Source: Candidatus Methylomirabilia bacterium (GTDB taxonomy: Bacteria; Methylomirabilota; Methylomirabilia; Rokubacteriales; CSP1-6). From it: 13,085 nucleotides of DNA. This document shows positions 1 through 6,879 of this stretch, one piece after another. Numbering within the stretch: position 1 is the stretch's first letter; every line of letters begins with the position of its first letter. The notes under the pieces were generated by a model. It was not told the origin of the DNA and ran no database searches. It was given only the letters and a program-made list of their open reading frames with translations. Location of the stretch: the NCBI GenBank assembly GCA_041497895.1, contig JBGQHJ010000134.1, forward strand, positions 1 to 13,085, written 5' to 3'. The position numbers and the translations under genes were made by a program.

Positions 1-1
1 C

Positions 2-943
2 GCCTTCATGGGCTACGCGCTCGCGCACACCTACGGGACGGTGCTGCTGCTGCGGGTGGCGCAGGGCCTGGGGGGCGGCCTCGTCTACGGCACCGCGCCC
101 GCGCTGGTGACCCTGTCGCTGCCGCGCGAGCGTCACGGCCGAGGGCTCGGGCTGATGAGCCTGGGCCTGGGCGTGGGGCTCGGGATCGGGCCGCTGGTGG
201 GCGGCGCGCTGCTGGACGGCTTCGGATGGTCGGCCGCCTTCGTCTTCCGCGCGCCGCTCTTCCTGGCGCTCGGGGTGCTGGCCCAGACCCGGTTCCGGCG
301 CCTGGGTGGCGCCGCGCCGGTCCGGCGCCGCGTCGCGCTCGCGGATCTCCTGCGGCTGCCCGTCCTGCGGGCCGCGCTGCTCGCGTTCCTGTCGAACCAC
401 GCGCAGTTCTCGGTGTGGCTGCTGATGCCGTTCTTCCTGGTGGGCCCCCTCGGTCTCACGCCCACCGTGGGCGGGCTCGTGTTCGCGCTCACCCCGCTCG
501 CCAACGCGCTGGTCGCTCCGCTCGGCGGCTGGGCCACCGACCGCGTCGGGCCGCGCGGGCCGCTCGCGTGCGGCCTCGCGCTCGAGGTGGCGGGCCTCCT
601 CACCATCGGGACGCTCTCCGGCGCTCCGTCGCTCGTCCTGGTCGGCGTCGCGATGGCGCTCGTGGGGCTGGGCGTCGGCCTGTTCCAGGTGCCGAACCTG
701 GCCCTGATGATGGCGTCCTTCCCGCCGGCGCAGCAGGGCGTGGCGGGCGGGCTCGCGTTCCTGAGCCGTACCCTCGGCAGCGCGGTGGGGGTGCAGGTGA
801 CCGCCGCGCTGTTCGACGCGCGCCTCGGCCGCGACGGCTTCCTGCCCGCGTTCCACGGCGCGTTCCTCGCCGCGGGGGCGGTGTGCGCGCTCGCGGTCGC
901 GCTCTCGCTGCTCCCCGGGGGCGCGCCTCCCCGGCCGCGATGA
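2..943 (+). CDS. MFS transporter (drug:H+ antiporter-like), 5'-truncated by the window edge
   Basis: Frame is open from the window start. Many hydrophobic helices, the MFS loop motif GWATDRVGPR, and the antiporter-like segments LRVAQGLGGG and GPLVGGALL. Ends at TGA 941-943. Confidence 0.9.
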   Translation, partial: AFMGYALAHTYGTVLLLRVAQGLGGGLVYGTAPALVTLSLPRERHGRGLGLMSLGLGVGLGIGPLVGGALLDGFGWSAAFVFRAPLFLALGVLAQTRFRRLGGAAPVRRRVALADLLRLPVLRAALLAFLSNHAQFSVWLLMPFFLVGPLGLTPTVGGLVFALTPLANALVAPLGGWATDRVGPRGPLACGLALEVAGLLTIGTLSGAPSLVLVGVAMALVGLGVGLFQVPNLALMMASFPPAQQGVAGGLAFLSRTLGSAVGVQVTAALFDARLGRDGFLPAFHGAFLAAGAVCALAVALSLLPGGAPPRPR

Positions 944-1162
944 CCGCGGAGGCCAGACCCTCTCGCTGGGCCATCCTCGCGGAACCTCTTCTGCTTCGTG
1001 GGCGGTCTCGTGGTGCCGGTGGTGCTCGGCTACGCCCTCGACCTGACCGGCAGCTTCCGCGCCGCCTTCACCGCCTGCGCGGTCTTCGAGGCGGTGGCCC
1101 TCGCCATCGCGTGCTTCACGCGGGAGAGCGGCGGCCGGGCCGCTACGGCTTCGGGATCCTGA
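940..1162 (+). pseudogene. Internally deleted remnant of a second MFS transporter
   Basis: ATG 940 overlaps the upstream stop (ATGA) and reads MTAEARPSRWAILA, an MFS-like N-terminus. From 983 a different frame reads NLFCFVGGLVVPVVLGYALDLTGSFRAAFTACAVFEAVALAIACFTRESGGRAATASGS* (TGA 1160-1162), resembling the last two MFS helices. The middle of the gene is absent. Confidence 0.7.
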
Positions 1163-1754
1163 GGGTCTTGCTGATCATCAGGCTGCCGGAGAGCAGGAAC
1201 AGCAGCGTGACCAGGTGCAGCTCGAGGCCGAGCGCGCGCACCGGGTAGAGCGTGCCGTAGTGGAAGGCCAGCATCAGCAGGCCCAGGGGGACGACGCTGG
1301 TCGGGATCGGCGTGCCCTCGAAGTAGGCGACCTTCCCGGTCTCACGGGAGAGGTCGGCGGCGGTGACGTTGTAGCGCGCGAGGCGGCTCACCCCGCACCC
1401 CACGAAGTACATCAGGACGAGCTGGTCGACCATGCGGTCGAGGCCGGCCGCGAACGCGATGCCGGCCGGGGCCACCCCGAAGGAGATCACGTCGGCCAGC
1501 GAGTCGAGCTCGCGTCCCATCGGCGAGCCGCCGTGCCGCCAGCGCGCGATGCGCCCGTCGAGCACGTCGAAGATCAGCGCGAGCGGGACCAGCAGCGCGG
1601 CGCCGTAGAGATACCGGCGGTCGCCGGTGGAGAGAAAGCGCATGGCCGCGAAGAGGGCCGCGACCCCGCAGAACCCGTTCGCGAACGTGAAGAGGTCCGC
1701 GAGGTGGAAGTTCCGCAGCATCGAGAAGTGACGGCGCGGGGCCGGCGCGGCCAC
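1143..1754 (-). CDS. pssA: CDP-diacylglycerol--serine O-phosphatidyltransferase (CDP-alcohol phosphotransferase family)
   Basis: Signature DVLDGRIARWRHGGSPMGRELDSLADVISFGVAPA, plus SRLARYN and FEGTPIP. GGAGG RBS upstream of GTG 1754. Confidence 0.9.
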   Translation of the reverse strand: MAAPAPRRHFSMLRNFHLADLFTFANGFCGVAALFAAMRFLSTGDRRYLYGAALLVPLALIFDVLDGRIARWRHGGSPMGRELDSLADVISFGVAPAGIAFAAGLDRMVDQLVLMYFVGCGVSRLARYNVTAADLSRETGKVAYFEGTPIPTSVVPLGLLMLAFHYGTLYPVRALGLELHLVTLLFLLSGSLMISKTLRIPKP

Positions 1755-1758
1755 GGGG

Positions 1759-2178
1759 CTATTCCTCCCGCGGGCGGCCCGCGGGCGCGCCCAGCACGTA
1801 GGCCGCGAACAGCTCGTCGAGGGCCCGCGCCGGATCGTCGGTGAGCCCGGCGTGGACCGGCGAGCTCTGGAGCACGTCCGAGCGCGGGGCGGTGAGCCAG
1901 TGGAAGCGCTCGGACGGCGGGGCGAGCGCGACCGGGCCCGCGGCGGGGTCGCCCGCGGCGACCGCGCAGCCCGACGCCAGGTAGCGGGCGAGCAGCTCGT
2001 GGTCGATGTCGGGCACCCGCGCGCGCAGGTCGTCCAGCGCGGCGAGGGTCCGCATCCCCAGGTAGCCCGCGGTGCGCGCGTGGAGCACCACCCCGACCGG
2101 CACGAAGGCCCCCAGGTGCACGTGGGGCACCGCGCGGAGCACCGCGAAGTCGTAGGCGATCGGGACCCCGGCGGTCAT
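1759..2178 (-). CDS. DUF3037-like protein, 139 aa (partner of the HipA-like kinase)
   Basis: True start is ATG 2178, overlapping the kinase stop (ATGA); the longer 270-aa ORF call is an N-terminal over-extension. Motifs YDFAVLRAVPHV..GVVL and ERFHWLTAPRSDVLQSSPVHAG match my recollection of DUF3037. Confidence 0.85.
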   Translation of the reverse strand: MTAGVPIAYDFAVLRAVPHVHLGAFVPVGVVLHARTAGYLGMRTLAALDDLRARVPDIDHELLARYLASGCAVAAGDPAAGPVALAPPSERFHWLTAPRSDVLQSSPVHAGLTDDPARALDELFAAYVLGAPAGRPREE

Positions 2179-3020
2179 CGGCGCGCGGAGAGGGGACGCG
2201 GCCGCTCGCGACGCGCCTGCTCTCGCGCGCGGGTCGCCTCGGCCACGAAGACGCGGGGCTCGCGCAGGCGCACCGCCAGGTATTCGAGGTAGCGGGCGCG
2301 GGCGGCCGCCGCGGAGGGAAAGTCGCGCCCGCCCACCGGATCGGTCAGGAGCTCGTCCGGCACCCGCGCGAGGATGCCGGCGAGCACCTCGGGGGAGAGT
2401 GCGCCGGCCAGGGGCGCGTCGACCGCACCCAGGTCGCCGGCCCGATCGAGCAGCACGTGGTCCCGGATGTGCGGGAAGGGGGTCCGGGCTCGCGCCTCGT
2501 CCACCGTGGCCCAGTCGTGATGCGCGTAGAGCGCTCCGCCGTGATCGATCAGCCACGGGCCGCGCCGCCACACGAGCAGGTTGGGATTACGATGGCTGCG
2601 GTCCGGGTTGGTGACGAGCGCGTCGAGCCACACGAGCCGCGTGGCGAAGTCGGTGGAGATCAGCTCCCCCGCGGCGGTGGCGTCGAAGTTGAACGCGCCG
2701 TCGAGGTAGCGCAGCCCCACGTTGACGCCCTGGCTGCCCCGCAGGATGTCCTGGATCTCCGGGTCGGGCTCGCTCCGCCCGAAGGCCGCGGAGAGGTCCA
2801 CGATCGCGAGCTCGGGCACCGGCAGGTCGAGCGCCTGCGCGAGCTGGCCCACCACCAGCTCGGCGATCAGGGCCTTCGGGCCCTGCCCCGCGCCCCGGAA
2901 CTTGACCACGAACAGTCCCCCGGTGGCGGTGTCGACGACCGCGGGCAGCGAGCCGCCCTCCCGCAGCGGCTGCACGTAGCGGGTCGCCGCGTGACGCGCG
3001 AGCGAGTCGGGTGTGGCCAT
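2175..3020 (-). CDS. HipA-like (PI3/4-kinase-fold) kinase, 281 aa
   Basis: Gly loop LREGGSLP, catalytic Lys in VVKFRGAGQG, helix-C Glu in IAELV, catalytic loop NPDRSHRNPNLL and Mg-binding LIDHG. Confidence 0.88.
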   Translation of the reverse strand: MATPDSLARHAATRYVQPLREGGSLPAVVDTATGGLFVVKFRGAGQGPKALIAELVVGQLAQALDLPVPELAIVDLSAAFGRSEPDPEIQDILRGSQGVNVGLRYLDGAFNFDATAAGELISTDFATRLVWLDALVTNPDRSHRNPNLLVWRRGPWLIDHGGALYAHHDWATVDEARARTPFPHIRDHVLLDRAGDLGAVDAPLAGALSPEVLAGILARVPDELLTDPVGGRDFPSAAAARARYLEYLAVRLREPRVFVAEATRAREQARRERPRPLSARR

Positions 3021-3072
3021 CCCCGCTCAGGACTGTACTACACGGGCCCGGGGCCGCGGTATGATGCGGGCC
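3021..3072. promoter_or_regulatory. Compact divergent promoter region (kinase / selenoprotein 1)
   Basis: On +, TATGAT at 3060-3065 lies 7 nt before ATG 3073, with no Shine-Dalgarno. On -, TACAGT at 3037-3032 lies 11 nt upstream of the kinase ATG (3020). No convincing -35 boxes. Confidence 0.55.
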
Positions 3073-4668
3073 ATGGAGATCCTCGACCCGGTCGGCTCGT
3101 CCGCCGCCGCCACGCGCACCGGGGCGCCGCGCCCGGCCTCGCTGCAGGGAGCGGTCATCGGCATCCTCGACAACTCCAAGCCCAACGCGCGCGTCCTGCT
3201 GGAAGGCGTGGCCCGCGCGCTCGCGGCCAAGCTCGGCGCCGCCGAGGTGCGCGTGTGGCGCAAGCCCGGTGCCTCCATCGGCGCGACGCGCGCCGTGCTC
3301 GACGAGATGGCGGCCCACTGCGGGGCCGTCCTGACCGCCTCCGCCGACTGAGGGTCGTGCACGTCGTGGAGTATCCACGACGCCACGGAGCTGGAAGGGC
3401 GGGGGATCGCGACCGTCGTCCTGGGCACGCACGAGTTCCGCCCGCTCGCCCTCGCCGAGGCCCGCGCCAAGGGACTGGCCTCGCTCGGGATCGTCACGGT
3501 GCCACACCCCATCGGCGGCGTGGCGGAGGACCTGGTCGCGAGCAAGGCGGCGGGCGCGGTCGACCAGGTGCTGGCCGCGCTCATCGGCACCGTGGCCGCG
3601 AGCGGAGTGGATGCCGGGGTGGCGGAAGGGCCGGCCCCGCGCCACCGCGCGCCCGACGATCTCCTCGATTTCCAGGCCTTCCTGATGGAGCGCGGCTGGG
3701 GCGACGGGCTGCCCGCCATTCCCGCCACCCCGGAGCGGGTGGCCGCGATGCTCGCGGGCACGCGGCGTGCGGCCGGCGACCCGGTCGCGGTGCTGCCCCC
3801 CCGGCTCGGCCGCGCCACCGTCGAGCGGGTGGCGGTGAACGCGGTGCTGGCGGGCGCGCTGCCCGAGCACCTGCCGGTGATCCTGGCCGTGGTCGAGGCG
3901 GTGAGCCAGCCCGCCTTCAACCTGCAGGCCATCCAGACCACCACCCATCCCTGCTCGCCGCTCGTCATCGTCAACGGCCCGCTCGCGGTCCGGCTCGGCG
4001 TCAACGGGGGCGGCAACGCGCTCGGGCAGGGCCATCGCGCCAACGCGGTCATCGGGCGCGCCCTGCGGCTCGTGCTGCAGAACGTGGGCGGGGCCCGGCC
4101 CGGTCACGAGGATCGCGCGACCCAGGGGCACCCGGGCAAGTACAGCTACTGCGTGGCCGAGAACGAGGCCGCGTCGCCCTGGGAGCCGCTCTCCGTCGAG
4201 CGGGGCTTCGGGCGCGAGGTCAGCACGGTGACGGTCTGCGGCTCGGAGGCCCCGCACAACATCAACGACCACGGCTCCTCCACTCCCGAGGGCATCCTCG
4301 CCACGGTGGCGGGCAGCGTGGCCACGGTGGGGAGCAACAACATCTACCTGGGCGGCGAGCCGCTGGTGATCCTGGGGCCCGAGCACGCGGCCACCGTGGC
4401 CGGCGGGGGCTGGACCAAGGCCCGGTTCAAGCGCGAGCTGTGGGAGCGCGCCCAGGTGCCGCTCTCGCGCTTCGATCCCTCCAACATCGAGCGCTTCGCG
4501 GTGATCCACCCCGCCGGTTTCAAGGACCGCCCGCCCGACACGCTGGCCCCGATCGCGCGCGAGTGGGCCGACATCATGATCGTGGTGGCGGGCGGGGCCG
4601 GAAAGCACTCGGTGTTCGTGCCCACCTTCGGGGCGACGCGCTCGGTCACCCAGCGCATCGAGGTGTGA
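3073..4668 (+). CDS. UGSC-type selenoprotein fused to a large GWxDGLP-motif domain; 531 aa, Sec93 encoded by TGA 3349-3351
   Basis: ORFs 3013..3351 and 3499..4668 share a frame and are separated only by TGA 3349-3351. Readthrough gives AVLTASAD-U-GSCTSWSIHDATELEGRGIATVVLGTHEF..VPHPIGG with no further stop until 4668. A hairpin follows the TGA. The start at 3073 (MEILDP) is supported by the paralog (FEILDP); ATGs at 3061 and 3064 are alternatives. Confidence 0.9.
3352..3388 (+). promoter_or_regulatory. Putative bacterial SECIS element 1
   Basis: Perfect 9-bp stem CGTCGTGGA-GTA-TCCACGACG at 3362-3382, starting 11 nt after the UGA, with the loop G at +20. Possible lower stem CGTG(3356-3359)/CACG(3384-3387). 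Confidence 0.8.
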
Positions 4669-5129
4669 CGGTGCGCGGCCGGGTCCTCACGCTGGTCGGG
4701 CTCCTGGTGCTGGCGGCCGCCGCACCGGCCGCCGCCGAGATGACCCCGACGCCCCCGCCCAGCCGCTTGCCGCCCGTGCCGTCGGCGGAAGGGGAGTACG
4801 CGCGCGGGGTCGCGGCCACGCGCGCGAAGGAGTGGAGCGTGGCCGCGGTCGCCTTCAGCCGGGCGGTGGAGATGAAGCCCGCGTACCCCGAGGCCTGGAA
4901 CGGGCTCGGGTTCGCGCTCCGCAACCAGGGCAAGTACGCCGAAGCGCTCAAGGCCTACGACGAGGCGCTGCGCCTGCGCCCGGACTACCCCGACGCGCTC
5001 GAGTACCTGGGCGAGGCCTACGTGAAGATGGGGCGGCTCGAGGACGCCCGTCGCGTGCTCGAGCGCCTCACCCCGCTCGACCGCGAGCGGGCCAAGGAGC
5101 TGTCCGAGGCTATCGCGCGGGGGAAGTGA
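4665..5129 (+). CDS. Exported tetratricopeptide-repeat protein, 154 aa
   Basis: GTG 4665 overlaps the upstream stop (GTGA). Signal peptide MTVRGRVLTLVGLLVLAAAAPAAA, a Pro-rich linker, then TPR units (AWNGLGFALRNQGKYAEALKAYDEALRLRPDY, ALEYLGEAYVKMGRLEDA). Confidence 0.85.
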   Translation: MTVRGRVLTLVGLLVLAAAAPAAAEMTPTPPPSRLPPVPSAEGEYARGVAATRAKEWSVAAVAFSRAVEMKPAYPEAWNGLGFALRNQGKYAEALKAYDEALRLRPDYPDALEYLGEAYVKMGRLEDARRVLERLTPLDRERAKELSEAIARGK

Positions 5130-6723
5130 CCGAGTAGAGCCGCTCGAAGTACTCCCGGACCATCCGGTCCGAGGAGAAGCGCTCCACCCCCATCCGGATC
5201 GACCCCCGCATCATCCGCGTCCAGCGCGCCCGGTCGGCGAAGGTGGGCAGGACCTCGGTCTCGAGCGTGTCGTAGAGCGCGCGCAGGTCGCGGGGGTCGG
5301 GGTCGCCGCTCACGGTGCCGTCGCCGATGGCCCACCCGGTCACGCCGTGCTCGCAGCCCTCCGGCCACCACCCGTCGAGCACCGAGAGGTTGAGGGTGCC
5401 GTTCATGGCCGCCTTCATGCCGGAGGTGCCGCTCGCCTCCATCGGGCGCCGCGGGGTGTTCAGCCAGACGTCGCAGCCGCGCGTGAGCACGCGGCCGAGC
5501 GCCATGTCGTAGTCCTCGAGGAAGGCCACGCTGTCGGGCCACTGGCGCAGCCCCTCGACGAGCCGCGCGATGACCGCCTTGCCCTCGTGATCGGCCGGAT
5601 GGGCCTTGCCCGCGAAGAGGAGCTGGACCCGGTGGCGCTTGATCAAGGTCGCGAAGCGGCCCGGGTCGCGCAGCAGCAGGTCCGGCCGCTTGTAGGTGGC
5701 GGCCCGCCGGGCGAACCCGATGGTGAGCGCGTCGGGATCGAGACGGGTGCCGGTCCGCGCGCGCACCTCGGCCAGGAGCTCGCCCTTGAGCGCGCGCTTG
5801 GCCGCGAGCAGCCGCTCGTCGCTGCCGTGCGCCGCCGCGATGCGCGGGTCCTGCCAGGTGCCCGTGTGCACCCCGTTGGTGATCGCGATGATCGGCGCCG
5901 CGTCCTCCACGTGGGCCCACATCGCGCGGGCGGTCTCGCCGTGCAGATGGGCCACCGCGTTGGCCGCGTGGGCGAGCCGCAGCCCCGCCACCGTCATGTT
6001 GAACGGATCGCCGCCGATCTCGGCCAGCTCGCTCGCCACCAGCTCGCAGCCCGCGCCGAGCCGCCGCAGCTCGGCGAGCGCGTGGACCTCGTTGCCGGCC
6101 GGCACCGGGGTGTGGGTGGTGAACACGATGGACCGGCGCGCCTTGCGCCACGCGTCGTGGAAGCGGCTGCCGGTCTCCATCCGGTCCGCGATCAGCTCGA
6201 TCCCGGCGAAGACCGCGTGCCCCTCGTTGAAGTGGTAGAGCTCGACCGGGAGGTGCAGCGCCCGGAGCGCGCGCACCCCCCCGATGCCGAGCAGCATCTC
6301 CTGGGCGACCCGGCAGTCCGGTCGCGGGTCGTAGAGGCGGCGGGTGATCCACAGATCGCGCGGGTCGGTGGGCTCGAGCAGGTAGAGGGGGGCGATGGCG
6401 TAGCGGCCCACGCGCCACACGCGGCACTCCACCTCGCGCGCCGCGACCCGCACGCGCACGCGCGCCCCGGTGTCGGAGAGCACGTCGGTCTTCTGCTGGG
6501 CCCACTCGTCGTAGGGATACCCGTCGGAGCCGATGTGCTGCGAGGTGTAGCCCTGGCCCCAGCGGAGCCCCACGCCCACGACCGGCATTCCGAGATCCCC
6601 GGCCGACTTCATGAAGTCGCCCGCGAGCACTCCCAGGCCGCCCGCGTACGAGTGGAACTCCTCGTGCAGCCCGTACTCCATCGAGAAGTACGCGACCAGC
6701 GGCAACCGACTCTCCGAGTTCAC
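5110..6723 (-). CDS. glgP: Alpha-glucan (glycogen/maltodextrin) phosphorylase, compact form
   Basis: AYFSMEYGL, YAGGLGVLAGD, NEGH, FTTHTPVPAG, FARRAATYKR, GKAHPAD, PLP-lysine motif EASGTSGMKAAMNG and LDGWW. The start is uncertain: GTG 6723 (just before the conserved core) or ATG 6786. Confidence 0.92.
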   Translation of the reverse strand: MNSESRLPLVAYFSMEYGLHEEFHSYAGGLGVLAGDFMKSAGDLGMPVVGVGLRWGQGYTSQHIGSDGYPYDEWAQQKTDVLSDTGARVRVRVAAREVECRVWRVGRYAIAPLYLLEPTDPRDLWITRRLYDPRPDCRVAQEMLLGIGGVRALRALHLPVELYHFNEGHAVFAGIELIADRMETGSRFHDAWRKARRSIVFTTHTPVPAGNEVHALAELRRLGAGCELVASELAEIGGDPFNMTVAGLRLAHAANAVAHLHGETARAMWAHVEDAAPIIAITNGVHTGTWQDPRIAAAHGSDERLLAAKRALKGELLAEVRARTGTRLDPDALTIGFARRAATYKRPDLLLRDPGRFATLIKRHRVQLLFAGKAHPADHEGKAVIARLVEGLRQWPDSVAFLEDYDMALGRVLTRGCDVWLNTPRRPMEASGTSGMKAAMNGTLNLSVLDGWWPEGCEHGVTGWAIGDGTVSGDPDPRDLRALYDTLETEVLPTFADRARWTRMMRGSIRMGVERFSSDRMVREYFERLYSVTSPAR

Positions 6724-6814
6724 GGCGCGAGTGCCCGTGTCGTGATCAGCCGCAGATAGGTGCTCACCGGATCGAGCATAGGCCATGCGTCCAGCAACGC
6801 AAAGCCCCGGGAGG

Positions 6815-6872
6815 CGCGGCGGTGGGGCGGGGGCGGCGGGGGCCCTCCCGCCGCCCCCACCCCACCGCCGCG
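6815..6872 (-). repeat. Long GC-rich inverted repeat (26-bp arms, 6-nt loop) directly after the ndh stop
   Basis: Arms 6815-6840 and 6847-6872 pair at 25 of 26 positions. The single C/A mismatch (6828/6859) becomes a G-U wobble in minus-strand RNA. No adjacent U-tract. Confidence 0.85.
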
Positions 6873-6879
6873 GACACCG

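Noticed and set aside
1160..1174. A third TGA-GGG-TCT-TGC (U-G-S-C) string on the + strand
   Set aside because: It is followed immediately by another TGA, has no SECIS-like hairpin or UGSC-domain context, and is simply the antisense of the pssA C-terminal codons (ISKTLRI).
3499..4668. ORF-track calls 3013..3351, 3499..4668 and 9611..9841 as independent genes
   Set aside because: They are in-frame pieces of the readthrough selenoproteins. GTG 3499 and GTG 9611 fall inside the conserved domain and lack an SD.
2457..5129. 890-aa ORF on + and the other long Arg/Gly/Pro/Ala-rich ORFs (for example 226..1248, 2587..4608, 5018..6505, 5347..6759, 8990..10762, 10597..12027, 12009..12998)
   Set aside because: These are shadow frames of real genes in high-GC DNA, with no recognisable motifs. 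Only the 3' tails of some frames are real (4665-5129, 9299-9589, 10846-12147, 1759-2178).
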